From contig JAKAFP010000007.1 of assembly GCA_021825925.1 (NCBI GenBank), forward strand, positions 176,515 through 208,514: DNA of 32,000 nt. Direction: 5' to 3'. This DNA is from Chloroflexota bacterium (GTDB taxonomy: Bacteria > Chloroflexota > Anaerolineae > Anaerolineales > Anaerolineaceae). Shown in pieces: positions 1-9,356 of this stretch (positions within the stretch are counted from its first letter, which is position 1; each line of letters starts with the position of its first letter). The notes below the pieces were generated by a model. The model searched no databases. It was given only the letters and a program-made list of their open reading frames with translations, and was not told the origin of the DNA. A program made the position numbers and the translations under genes.

Positions 1-246
1 GGTGACACCCACGTTCAACGCCCCGCCCAACATTACCTTGTATTCACTTAATGTCTGACTGGCGATCAACGCTGCCAGGATGATCTTCATCCGGGTCCGC
101 GTGTCGAGGTTGCCTTCGCGGATCACTTCGTCAAAGGCAAAGTTGTCAAAAACTTCAACCAGTTCAGGGTCGGTGATGGCCAATTTTGAGACGTGGTTTG
201 GAAACAGTTCTTCATGATTTTTAAGTGCGTTTTTACAGATAGCCAC
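1..246 (-). CDS. Carboxymuconolactone decarboxylase (CMD/AhpD-like) family protein, N-terminal 82 codons; continues beyond window start
   Basis: Not in the ORF track because it runs off the edge. Minus-strand reading from GTG (246-244) gives MAICKNALKNHEELFPNHVSKLAITDPELVEVFDNFAFDEVIREGNLDTRTRMKIILAALIASQTLSEYKVMLGGALNVGVT with no stop. AAGGAGG lies 4 nt upstream, and the start is 22 nt after the merR-family stop. Sequence pattern is typical of the CMD family, which is commonly paired with MerR regulators. Confidence 0.6.
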   Translation of the reverse strand, partial: MAICKNALKNHEELFPNHVSKLAITDPELVEVFDNFAFDEVIREGNLDTRTRMKIILAALIASQTLSEYKVMLGGALNVGVT

Positions 247-268
247 AATTCCTCCTTCCTGGTTAAGG

Positions 269-643
269 CTAAATGATCCCTTGTTCCTTGGTCAGGATCT
301 TGTTTTCATAAACCTCGATCTTGTGATCCAGCAGATCCAGGGTCTTTTGCAGTTCCGCAATTTTTTCCGCCAACAGCTGCCGCTGTTCTTTAAGAATTTC
401 TTTGCGGGCTTCAACGGTGGCGTCGCCCTGCTGCACAAGACCCACATAATCAATCAGCACTTCAATGGGCAGACCGGCACTGCGCATACATTTAATAAAT
501 TCCACCCGTTTGATGTCCATTTCACCGTATTCACGAATCCCGTTCGGGGAGCGGGTCACGGTTGGGATGAGTCCGATTCGTTCATAATAGCGAAGCGTAT
601 CCAAGGATAGGCCGTATTTTTCACTCACTTCTGCAATTTTCAT
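269..643 (-). CDS. MerR-family transcriptional regulator (124 aa)
   Basis: N-terminal wHTH MKIAEVSEKYGLSLDTLRYYERIGLI followed by a long coiled-coil (KEILKEQRQLLAEKIAELQKTLDLLDHKI). GGAGGA RBS 9 nt upstream. Only one Cys (FIKCMR), so it lacks the Hg-binding Cys triad of true MerR. Confidence 0.9.
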   Translation of the reverse strand: MKIAEVSEKYGLSLDTLRYYERIGLIPTVTRSPNGIREYGEMDIKRVEFIKCMRSAGLPIEVLIDYVGLVQQGDATVEARKEILKEQRQLLAEKIAELQKTLDLLDHKIEVYENKILTKEQGII

Positions 644-664
644 AGGGTTCTGTCCTCCAGTAAT

Positions 665-695
665 ACTATAACACCTGGAGTTAGCTCCAAGTCAA
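665..695 (-). promoter_or_regulatory. MerR-type promoter: -35 TTGACT, 19-nt spacer carrying a dyad, -10 TATAGT
   Basis: Minus strand reads TTGACT-TGGAGCTAACTCCAGGTGT-TATAGT. The spacer is exactly 19 nt and contains the inverted repeat TGGAG-CTAA-CTCCA (extended ACTTGGAG/CTCCAGGT, 7 of 8). This is the hallmark overlong-spacer architecture of MerR-activated promoters. GGAGGA RBS and the ATG at 643 follow. Confidence 0.75.
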
Positions 696-750
696 GGGGC
701 AATTTTGATGTATTTAAAATCAATTTAAAATACGATTGAACGTTCCTCAT

Positions 751-787
751 GAAATAGAAATCCCCCGCGGTTTTAACCATGGGGGAC
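751..787 (-). terminator. Rho-independent terminator of the ABC exporter operon
   Basis: Minus strand: TCCCCCATGGTTAAAACCGCGGGGGA hairpin (TCCCCC/GGGGGA plus inner GGTT/AACC) followed by TTTCTATTTC. It lies 38 nt after the permease stop. Confidence 0.6.
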
Positions 788-824
788 TGTAAGGTCACAA
801 CATCAGCTTATCTTCGTCGAGTGT

Positions 825-1592
825 CTACACCCGCTTTTTATACACCTGTATTGCAAAGAGATAGGCTACGAGCATGATTCCGATGCACCAGGCTAGGGCG
901 ATCCAGATGCCCTCCCCCACCGGTTGATTGGAGAGCAAGGCGCGGATGGCGTTGACAATTGAAGTCACCGGCTGGTTCTCAGCAAACGCGCGCACCACTT
1001 TGGGCATGGTCTCGGTCGGCACGAAAGCCGAACTGATAAACGGCAGAAAGATGATCGGATAAGCGAAGGCCGTTGCGCCGTCCATGGATTTTGCGGATAG
1101 TCCAGCAATCGCGGCAATCCAGGTCAGAGCCAGCGTAAACAGAGCGAGGATGCCCGCCACTGCCAGCCAAGACAACACACCTGCTGTCGAACGAAAGCCC
1201 ATGATCAACGCCACGATGATGATCACCATCACTGACATTGTATTGGAGACCAGCGAAGTCAGCACGTGTCCCCACAGCGCCGCGGAACGTGCGATCGGCA
1301 TGGAATGGAAGCGGTCAAAGATGCCGCTTTGCATATCCAAAAACAGACGATAAGCAGTATAGGAGATGCCGCTGGCGATGGCAATCAGCAGAATACCGGG
1401 CAGCAGATAATTGACATAATTGGCCACACCAGTTTTAATCGCGCCGCCAAAGACATAGACGAACAACAGCATCATGATGATCGGGGTGATGGTGACGGTC
1501 ATGATAGTATCGAGACTGCGGAAGATGTGGCGCATGGAACGTCCAAGCATGACCCCCATGTCGCTGAGGTGATGATTCTTTGTGGTTCCCAT
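825..1592 (-). CDS. ABC-2 type transporter permease (DrrB-like), 255 aa
   Basis: About six hydrophobic helices. The length and profile are typical of ABC-2 exporters. Its start abuts the stop of the upstream ATPase gene (1593). Confidence 0.85.
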   Translation of the reverse strand: MGTTKNHHLSDMGVMLGRSMRHIFRSLDTIMTVTITPIIMMLLFVYVFGGAIKTGVANYVNYLLPGILLIAIASGISYTAYRLFLDMQSGIFDRFHSMPIARSAALWGHVLTSLVSNTMSVMVIIIVALIMGFRSTAGVLSWLAVAGILALFTLALTWIAAIAGLSAKSMDGATAFAYPIIFLPFISSAFVPTETMPKVVRAFAENQPVTSIVNAIRALLSNQPVGEGIWIALAWCIGIMLVAYLFAIQVYKKRV

Positions 1593-2363
1593 TTATTTTT
1601 CCTCTTTCTTGCCGACGATCGCAAGGAAAATATCCTCAAGACTTGGCTGTTTTTCAATATATTCCACCTTGGCAGGTGGGAATAGTTTTTTCAACTCGTC
1701 AAGCGTGCCATTGGCGATTATTCTGCCTTCATGCAGAATAATGATCCGGTCTGCAAGCTGCTCCGCTTCTTCCAGATACTGTGTGGTCAAAAACACTGTG
1801 GTGCCATTGGCTGCCAATTCCTTGATGGTCTTCCATACTTCGTTTCGTCCTTCGGGGTCAAGCCCGGTGGTCGGCTCATCCAGAAAGATCACTTGTGGAT
1901 TGCCCACCAGGCTCATGGCGATGTCGAGCCTGCGTTTCATCCCGCCGGAATAGGTGGCAACTCTGCGGTCGGCAGCATCGGTCAGTCCAAAGCGGGTTAG
2001 CAATACTTCTGCGATCCGACTCGGATTGGCGAGGTGCCTCAGCCTGGCGATCATGACCAGATTCTCGCGTCCGGTTAATATTTCGTCCACAGCGGCAAAT
2101 TGGCCTGTCAGGCTGATGGATTGGCGAACACCATCCGGTTTTGACGCCACATCAAACCCGTTGACGGTCGCACTGCCGCCATCCTGTTTGAGCAGCGTGG
2201 TCAGGATCTTAACGATCGTGGTCTTGCCTGCTCCGTTCGAACCGAGCAGGGCAAAGATGCTGCCCTTTTGCACATCGAAATCCACCCCTTTAAGAACATG
2301 AAGTGACTTGTAGGACTTTTGCAGTCCCCTTACTTGTATTGCGAAGTTTGTTTGAGTATTCAT
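1593..2363 (-). CDS. ABC transporter ATP-binding protein (DrrA/daunorubicin-resistance-like)
   Basis: Walker A GSNGAGKTT, signature YSGGMKRRL, Walker B VIFLDEPTTGLD. I place the start at ATG 2363 (MNTQTNFAIQV..., AAAGGA RBS) rather than the track's 2402. Confidence 0.9.
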   Translation of the reverse strand: MNTQTNFAIQVRGLQKSYKSLHVLKGVDFDVQKGSIFALLGSNGAGKTTIVKILTTLLKQDGGSATVNGFDVASKPDGVRQSISLTGQFAAVDEILTGRENLVMIARLRHLANPSRIAEVLLTRFGLTDAADRRVATYSGGMKRRLDIAMSLVGNPQVIFLDEPTTGLDPEGRNEVWKTIKELAANGTTVFLTTQYLEEAEQLADRIIILHEGRIIANGTLDELKKLFPPAKVEYIEKQPSLEDIFLAIVGKKEEK

Positions 2364-2538
2364 TTGATCATCCTTTCCAACCAATTGATGTTTTGGGTGC
2401 ATGAAACCATCATTTTCTCGTTATAAAAGAAAACGTTTGTTTTACATTCAACGGGGTGAACCCATTAAATTTTGAATAAATTGTCAATAAAGGGGTTTAG
2501 ATTAATTTATATTTGCTTCTGTTAATACCAGCATCCCT

Positions 2539-2889
2539 TCACTTTGTTTTACCCAATTTTTTTTTCGCAGCCTGATTGACTTCACGGTTAACAGATTCCA
2601 GGTAGTAATCAGCATATGTTTTTGAGTCTTTGATAAGGTCATCGCAGAAAGCTGCCACATCTTTTCCTGTAACTTCGAGTACACTTTTACCTGAAAGCGC
2701 ACCTTCTTCAAAAAGATCAACAATTCCCGATAACAAAGAAATTCCCGTGTTTAATTCAACTGGACCAACCATAAAGAGATAATGTTGAATCTCCTTATAA
2801 ACAATTTGATAGTCTTTCGGTAGGGCATTAACGCGCGCCATATGCGCCCGCCACTCTTTTTTGCCTTCTATAATCTCCTGAATTTTCAT
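2539..2889 (-). CDS. DUF1048 family protein (116 aa)
   Basis: KKEWRAHMARVNALPKDYQIVYKEIQHYL...DLFEEGA...VTGKDVAAFCDDLIKD matches my recollection of the DUF1048 four-helix proteins that follow PadR regulators. Confidence 0.8.
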   Translation of the reverse strand: MKIQEIIEGKKEWRAHMARVNALPKDYQIVYKEIQHYLFMVGPVELNTGISLLSGIVDLFEEGALSGKSVLEVTGKDVAAFCDDLIKDSKTYADYYLESVNREVNQAAKKKLGKTK

Positions 2890-2898
2890 GTAAGCCTC

Positions 2899-3249
2899 CT
2901 ATTTTCCCAGTTTTCTGGCAACATTGTTGTTGAGTTGTTCACGCCATTTATCGCGATAAGTCTTGGCATTGGCATCTCCTGCCAAAGCTGAACAAAAACC
3001 TTCAATATCATCGCCTAATACCTCTTGAATACCTAGTCCGTCTGCCGCGGATTCCTCAAGCAGAGTTAACACGCCCTCAAATATTGGCATGACATTGCGG
3101 CCGGTAAAATCTGACCGCAGCCAAAGAATTGTATTTATTTTTTCCCATACTGCCTGATAATCAACAGGTAATTTTTTGGATCGCGACACCATGGTTTTCC
3201 AGTCTTTCTTCATGTCGCTGCCTGTGATCTTTTCCAAAAAGTTCATCAT
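2899..3249 (-). CDS. DUF1048 family protein (116 aa), paralog of 2539-2889
   Basis: Same length and same motif layout as its neighbour (KKDWKTMVSRSKKLPVDYQAVWEKI...LLEESAADG...DDIEGFCSAL). Its start overlaps the padR stop by 4 nt. Confidence 0.8.
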   Translation of the reverse strand: MMNFLEKITGSDMKKDWKTMVSRSKKLPVDYQAVWEKINTILWLRSDFTGRNVMPIFEGVLTLLEESAADGLGIQEVLGDDIEGFCSALAGDANAKTYRDKWREQLNNNVARKLGK

Positions 3250-3572
3250 TTTGTCTCCTTTAATTCATTCATTTTTGATGATACAAACTCCCATTTTTCC
3301 CAGAACTTCCTCAGTTCATCACGCCCCGCATCATTGAGCGCAAAAAACTTTCGCGGCGGTCCCAAGTCTGAGGGTTTTTTGGTGATATCTACCAACTTGC
3401 TATTTTCAAGCCTGACCAGGATCGTGTAAACAGTACCATCCACAACATCTGTGAAGCCGAGGGAGTTCAACCGTCTCGTGATCTCGTAACCGTAGGTTTC
3501 TTTGCGGCTGATAATTTCAAGAACACATCCCTCAAGTACCCCTTTGAGCATTTCTGTTAGATTATCTACCAT
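3246..3572 (-). CDS. PadR-family transcriptional regulator (108 aa)
   Basis: LKGVLEGCVLEIISRKETYGYEI...GTVYTILVRLENSKLV...PPRKFFALNDAGRDEL is the canonical PadR wHTH. Confidence 0.92.
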   Translation of the reverse strand: MVDNLTEMLKGVLEGCVLEIISRKETYGYEITRRLNSLGFTDVVDGTVYTILVRLENSKLVDITKKPSDLGPPRKFFALNDAGRDELRKFWEKWEFVSSKMNELKETK

Positions 3573-3603
3573 AATTACCTTTCCTATTCCGTATGACTTG
3601 TAT

Positions 3604-3655
3604 GCAGTATTACTTACTACTGCTATATAGTATCACGCAGTAGATGGCTTGTCAA
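3604..3655 (-). promoter_or_regulatory. padR operon promoter (-35 TTGACA 3650-3655, 17-nt spacer, -10 TACTAT 3627-3632) with putative PadR operator repeats
   Basis: Minus strand: TTGACA-AGCCATCTACTGCGTGA-TACTAT-ATAGCAGTAGTAAGTAATACTGC. Inverted repeat GCAGTA-N8-TACTGC (3604-3623) sits just downstream of the -10. A third GCAGTA half-site (3637-3642) lies inside the spacer. Confidence 0.6.
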
Positions 3656-3772
3656 TAGTCAATTTTTCCTAATCCATATTTTGTGACCATCCCCTTTCAA
3701 AAATGGAAACTTACACGCGGCCTGCATGTAAAGATTCGCCTGTAAATGGTGATGGACTTATAATACAAACTA

Positions 3773-4461
<689 letters not shown>

Positions 4462-4462
<1 letters not shown>

Positions 4463-5895
4463 TGTTTCGCACCATTCAACGCAGGATGACCTTTGGTCAG
4501 CTGCTCATATTATTGATCGTGATGCCGCTGATGGGCATCTTGTTGATCTTCGGCATTGAAAGCCGTTTCCTGATCCCCAAATTCGCCAACAACTTACTGG
4601 GCGATGCCAGGCTGCTCTCAGAAATCAGCAGCGCGGAATTTGAGCTGTGGGGCAACCCCATCCTTTTCGAAAACCTGATCTCACGCGTACAGCTCGACCC
4701 TTCCATCAAGGTCATGTTTCTGGACCCCACTGGCAGGCCGCTTTTCTCAACCGATCGTGCTGATTATTCAAATTCCATTTCCGTCAACTCACAGGGCGTC
4801 ATCAACGCACAAAACGGACATGAGATTGCTCTGACTTCCTATTCCATCCTCCGCGTTAAAGAAACCCTGGTGGATGTCTACGAACCCGTTTTGGATTCGA
4901 GCAATGCAGTCATCGGCATTGTCAGATTAACATATCGGGTTGAATCCCTTTATCAGATCTTTGATGAACTCCGCTGGCAGATTGTGCTCATCGTCCTGCT
5001 GGGATTGGCCATCAGTGCATTGATCAGCGCCTGGCTTTCCATCCGCATAAGCCGACCGATCACCAAAGTAACCAGGGCTATTTACGACCTGGCCGTTGGC
5101 CGCAGCCACGTGCCGCTTGAAGAAAAAGGACCGGAAGAACTGCAATCCCAGGCGCAAGCCGTAAATTTTTTGGTCGCTGAACTGGATACGCTGGAAAAAT
5201 CGCGACGCCAGTTGCTGGCCAACCTGGTGCATGAATTGGGTCGTCCGTTGGGCTCCATCCGCTCTGCCATCCATGCCCTCGAAACGGGTGCGGATAAGGA
5301 CCCCGCCCTGTACAAGGACCTCACTAACGGCATGGATGCCGAGACCCTGCGCCTGCAGCATCTGTTGGATGACCTCTCTCACCTCTACGACCAATCTGTT
5401 GGCGCACTGGAACTCAACATCCACCTCGTTGATGTACAACAGTGGCTGCCGGGAGTGCTGCGCTCCTGGCAGATCCTCGCCCAGGAAAAAGGTCTGACAT
5501 GGTCAGAGACGATTGATCGCAGTTTACCCTTCATCAAAATGGACCCGGATCGTATGGCTCAGGTGGTAGGCAATCTATTAAGCAATGCCGTCAAATACAC
5601 CAAGCCGGGCGGCAGCATCAAAGTTTTAGCCGAAGTCGAAGGCGAAACCTTCCATCTTTCCATCGAGGATACCGGTGTCGGCATCCAGCCGGATGAGATA
5701 AAAAAGGTGTTCCTGCCATTTTTCAGAGGTGAACAGGGACGCCGCATCAAACAGGGTATGGGTCTGGGACTTTCCATCGCCAAAGACCTGACTGAAGCTC
5801 ACAGCGGTACTTTGGATGTAACCTCGCACCCCGGCGGTGGAAGTATCTTTGAGGTCAGGTTGCCGATTAAGGACGAAAAAGCTCAAGGCGATTAA
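4462..5895 (+). CDS. Sensor histidine kinase (2 TM, periplasmic loop, HAMP, HisKA, HATPase_c)
   Basis: H-box LVHELGRPLGSI, N-box LLSNAVKYT, G-boxes EDTGVGI and GMGLGLSI. ATG 4462 overlaps the RR stop (TGATG), with a GGAGGTGA RBS. Confidence 0.92.
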
Positions 5896-5934
5896 AGATC
5901 TTATTGCTTGCATTGCGTTTTCTGCAATAAACCA

Positions 5935-5965
5935 AACACCCTTCTACTGTAGAAGGGTGTTTCTC
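5935..5965 (+). terminator. Rho-independent terminator after the HK gene
   Basis: Perfect 12-bp stem AACACCCTTCTA / TAGAAGGGTGTT with a 3-nt loop, followed by TCTC. Confidence 0.7.
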
Positions 5966-6064
5966 ATCCTCCTTAAGGTCACCTTAAGGTTCCAATAATC
6001 TCCCTATAAAGACAGGCCGCATCATCAGATGATATCCTCCAGGTAACTTAATAGGAGGCACCTT

Positions 6065-7741
6065 ATGAATACTCGAAAAATTTCTGCACTTTCCATCTTT
6101 CTAATTCTGGCGATTTCACTTTCCGCCTGCAGCACAAGCCCGGCCAAAGCCACCTTGCCCGCCCCGACTGAAGCAGTCCAAACTGAGCAGCCCCAGCAGA
6201 GCGCACCCACCACAACCGAATCAAACCCAGTGATCGGTTCGCTTTCTTCATATCAAGCTGCACTTGAAGAGATTTATGCAAAGGTCAATCCATCGGTGGT
6301 CAACATTCAAGTGATCGAAAAAGCGCAACTCGCCAGCAATACCACCACTGAAAACCCATTTGCCAATATACCAGGTTTTCAGTTTTACTTTGGCTCGCCA
6401 TCCACTCCAAATCAACAATCCCCCAGCCAGCCTACTCAGGCACTAGGCTCCGGTTTCGTTTGGAACAAGGACGGCTACATCGTGACCAACAACCACGTGG
6501 TGGCCAATGCCGAAAAGATCCAGGTCAAATTCTCTGATGGCACCATTGCCAATGCCAAAGTCGTTGGCACGGATGTCAACAGCGACCTGGCCGTGATCCA
6601 ACTCGTGGATTACACCGGTACGCTATATCCCATTACCACCTCGGAATCCACCGAAGTTAAAGTGGGGCAGGTAGCCATCGCCATTGGCAATCCATATGGT
6701 CTTGAGAACACCATGACGGTAGGCATCGTCAGTGCTCTCGGACGCACCCTTCCCACTGACCAATCTTCAAATTCCGGCACATCTTTCACCATCCCCGATA
6801 TTATCCAGACCGACGCGCCCATCAACCCCGGCAATTCAGGTGGTGTACTGGTAAACGATCAAGGTCAACTGATCGGTGTGACCGCAGCCATTGAATCCTC
6901 TTCTGGCGCCAATGCCGGCATCGGCTTTGCGATCCCCTCCAGCACAGTCAATAAAGTCATCCCTGCGCTGATCAAAGACGGCAAATACGAACATGCCTAC
7001 CTTGGTTTGACCGGCACAACCCTGACACCCGATTTGGCAACAGCCATGAACCTGGATGCCAACCAACGTGGTGTGTTGGTGATCGCGGTTGCCAATGGAG
7101 GCCCTGCGGATAAAGCCGGATTGATGGGCAGCAGCAAAACCGTCACCCTCAACGGCATCGAAACTCAGGTCGGTGGAGATATCATCACAGCCATTGACGG
7201 CGAATCTCTCAACTCGATTGATGACCTGATCTCTTATCTGGCATCCCATACCGAGGTCGGACAGGCTGTGAAGCTCACCATCCTTCGCAACGGAACTGAA
7301 AAAACTTTGGATGCTACTGTCGTTGCCCGACCAGCTAGCGTGGAACAAACTTCAAACCAGACCAATCCCTCTTCAAAGAACAACGCTTCTTCATCTGCAT
7401 GGATGGGAGTGTCAGTAACCCCGATGACCGCCGACATCGCCAAGGAGATGGGTATGCCCACAGACCAAAAGGGTCTGCTCTTACAACAAGTTGTTTCAGG
7501 TGGACCTGCTGACCTTGCCGGATTGATCGGAAGTTACAAACCGGTCATCATCAATGCCAAACGTGTCATGATCGGCGGTGATGTCATTACCTCAATCGAA
7601 AACCAGGCCATCACTTCAGTGGATGATCTGCAGCTGGCACTTGCTTCAAAGAATCCCGGTGATCAGATTCAGTTGACTGTCATCCGTGACGGATCGGAAT
7701 ATACCGTATCAGTTACCTTGGCTGAAAAACCAGCCAGTTAA
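6065..7741 (+). CDS. htrA: HtrA/DegP-family S1C serine protease lipoprotein with two PDZ domains (558 aa)
   Basis: Lipobox LSACS. Trypsin-like core (NNHVV...DLAVIQ...TDAPINPGNSGGVL) and two PDZ-like segments (GVLVIAVANGGPADKAGL and GLLLQQVVSGGPADLAGL). AGGAGG RBS. Confidence 0.92.
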   Translation: MNTRKISALSIFLILAISLSACSTSPAKATLPAPTEAVQTEQPQQSAPTTTESNPVIGSLSSYQAALEEIYAKVNPSVVNIQVIEKAQLASNTTTENPFANIPGFQFYFGSPSTPNQQSPSQPTQALGSGFVWNKDGYIVTNNHVVANAEKIQVKFSDGTIANAKVVGTDVNSDLAVIQLVDYTGTLYPITTSESTEVKVGQVAIAIGNPYGLENTMTVGIVSALGRTLPTDQSSNSGTSFTIPDIIQTDAPINPGNSGGVLVNDQGQLIGVTAAIESSSGANAGIGFAIPSSTVNKVIPALIKDGKYEHAYLGLTGTTLTPDLATAMNLDANQRGVLVIAVANGGPADKAGLMGSSKTVTLNGIETQVGGDIITAIDGESLNSIDDLISYLASHTEVGQAVKLTILRNGTEKTLDATVVARPASVEQTSNQTNPSSKNNASSSAWMGVSVTPMTADIAKEMGMPTDQKGLLLQQVVSGGPADLAGLIGSYKPVIINAKRVMIGGDVITSIENQAITSVDDLQLALASKNPGDQIQLTVIRDGSEYTVSVTLAEKPAS

Positions 7742-7773
7742 CATCTTCTCCTCCCTATAGCATTGGAACACGA

Positions 7774-7806
7774 CAACAGGTCCCACCGATGGACCTGTTG
7801 TTGGTT
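7774..7806 (+). terminator. Rho-independent terminator after htrA
   Basis: 10-bp stem CAACAGGTCC / GGACCTGTTG with a 7-nt loop, followed by TTGGTT. Confidence 0.7.
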
Positions 7807-7976
7807 AATGATAATGAATATTTACCATAATTCTTTTAATGTTCTGAGAAAAGCTGTTTGAAAAATGAAACTTTTAAAGAAAGTTAACGTATAGACAAGT
7901 GAATTGATTCATTGTGAAAGAATTCCAGATATAATCAATACCTTATTACCTATCAATAGCTTGGAGGAAGTTCTAA

Positions 7977-8417
7977 ATGAAAAAAGGGATTATCGTTCTA
8001 TTAGTTGTTATTGTTCTCTCATTGACCTTGACTGCCTGTTCCAGCGCCGCAAAAGAAGCATCCTCAGATGCAGATGCACAGTCTGCTGTCACCGAAGCAG
8101 TTGCTGTCACCGCCGAAGCTACAGAACCTGCTGCCGCATCAGTCAACTCTGAATTCCCAATGCTGCCAGATGCGTCTAATGTCACTGATGCACAAGGAAC
8201 ATTAATGTATCAGACTGCGACCAGCATGACAGACACCTTTAATTTCTACAAAAAAGAATTGGCTGCCAAGGGATTGACCGAAAACGAAATTTTGACACTA
8301 AATGATGCAACCGTATCTCAATTGGTATTCACCGGCTCCGACAATGGCAAATCACTGATCGTTCAAATGACCAAGTTAAGTGATTCTGCTATTGCTGTTT
8401 CGATCCGTTACGAATAG
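7977..8417 (+). CDS. Hypothetical small lipoprotein (146 aa)
   Basis: Signal peptide plus lipobox LTACS, an Ala/Glu/Ser-rich linker, then a ~90-aa globular part. GGAGG RBS. I recognise no family. Confidence 0.7.
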   Translation: MKKGIIVLLVVIVLSLTLTACSSAAKEASSDADAQSAVTEAVAVTAEATEPAAASVNSEFPMLPDASNVTDAQGTLMYQTATSMTDTFNFYKKELAAKGLTENEILTLNDATVSQLVFTGSDNGKSLIVQMTKLSDSAIAVSIRYE

Positions 8418-8437
8418 AAATATATTAGCATTACTAT

Positions 8438-8470
8438 AAGGGATGTTCCTTTCTTAGGAACATCCCTTTT
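8438..8470. terminator. Hairpin terminator between convergent genes
   Basis: Perfect 13-bp stem AAGGGATGTTCCT / AGGAACATCCCTT with a 5-nt loop and a T-run on the plus strand. It sits 4 nt from the stop of the minus-strand FTR1 gene. Confidence 0.75.
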
Positions 8471-8473
8471 GCT

Positions 8474-9316
8474 TTAATTTGATACTTTAACGACCGCCGG
8501 ATTGGATCCCTTCGATCTGATCCAAATGATCACTCCCAAGACAAGAAAATAACCAAAATAGCCAATGACCATGCTCAAAGAAGGATCGCTGTTATAACCC
8601 ACCATGGCTTTTAATAGCTGTCCCAAAGTGGATTGATCTGGCAGGATCCCGTTCAAGTTCCAGACATGTTCAATTACGGCCGGAACCCAGCCCAATTCAT
8701 TCAATTCACGAATTCCAAGCCCTACCAGGCCGGCTGCAAAAAGCGCCAGTAAGATATTGGTGGTTTGAAAAAAACGGGTCAAACTAAGCTTTTTTGCTGA
8801 ACTGAATACAATCAAACCGATCAGGATGGCCGATCCAACACCTAAAAGGACTCCAGTCGCCACCTGCAAAGGGCTTGTTTCAAGCCTGATCGCCAACAAA
8901 AACAGTACCAACTCAATCCCTTCTCTGACGATTGCCAGGAAAGCCAGGAAAAAAACAGCTATTCCACTTTGACTGTTTCGATTGGTTTCAAGTGTTTTTT
9001 TGACTTGCGTTTCAATTTTTTCCTTCATGGCGCCTGATTGTTTGCGCATCCAAAAAACCATCCAGGTCAGGATTGCTGCTGCAAGAAGCATGGCTGTCCC
9101 TTCAAAGATTTGTTCACCCTGGCCCTCAAATTCCATTCCGATTAGATTCAGGATCAAAGCTGAAACCAGGCTGATCACAATTCCACTGGTAACCCCCATC
9201 CAAACAGCCCGTCCAAGCTGTTTTTGATTCAACTTGGCGAGCACACTAAAAACGATTCCTATAACAAGTGCAGCTTCAAGCCCTTCACGCAAAGCAAGCA
9301 AGTACCCCGGCAACAT
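8474..9316 (-). CDS. FTR1/EfeU-family high-affinity iron permease
   Basis: Two REXXE motifs (LREGLEAAL and VREGIELVL) and 7 hydrophobic helices. I prefer the ATG at 9316 (MLPGYLLALREGLE, AGGAG RBS 10 nt upstream) over the track start at 9352, which has no RBS. Confidence 0.88.
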   Translation of the reverse strand: MLPGYLLALREGLEAALVIGIVFSVLAKLNQKQLGRAVWMGVTSGIVISLVSALILNLIGMEFEGQGEQIFEGTAMLLAAAILTWMVFWMRKQSGAMKEKIETQVKKTLETNRNSQSGIAVFFLAFLAIVREGIELVLFLLAIRLETSPLQVATGVLLGVGSAILIGLIVFSSAKKLSLTRFFQTTNILLALFAAGLVGLGIRELNELGWVPAVIEHVWNLNGILPDQSTLGQLLKAMVGYNSDPSLSMVIGYFGYFLVLGVIIWIRSKGSNPAVVKVSN

Positions 9317-9356
9317 GGTTGATCCGCTCCTAAATAAGACTAATTTTGTCATATTT

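Noticed and set aside
281-610. Long antisense ORFs inside recognised genes. Examples: 281-610(+), 3770-4201(-), 4927-5439(-), 6836-7348(-), 10202-10714(-), 29761-30297(+), 31165-31674(+), plus many 60-120 aa ORFs in the track.
   Set aside because: Each lies entirely within, and opposite or out of frame to, a gene with unmistakable family motifs. Their translations are low-complexity (Arg/Ser/Pro/Gly-rich), lack RBSs, and look like typical shadow ORFs.
269-643. Possibility that the MerR-family regulator is a mercury-sensing MerR functionally linked to hgcAB
   Set aside because: It has only one Cys and lacks the three-Cys Hg(II) site of true MerR. It lies 13.5 kb away from hgcAB, is paired with a CMD-family gene, and no merA/merT/merP genes are present.
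2364-2538. 175-nt gap between the DUF1048 and ABC ATPase genes, examined for an internal promoter, terminator or small ORF
   Set aside because: I found only weak candidates: TTGAAT with an 18-20 nt spacer to TTTATA/TATAAC, and the small palindromes AAACGTTT and GGGTGAACCC. There is no convincing hairpin plus T-run and no ORF with an RBS, so I left it unannotated.
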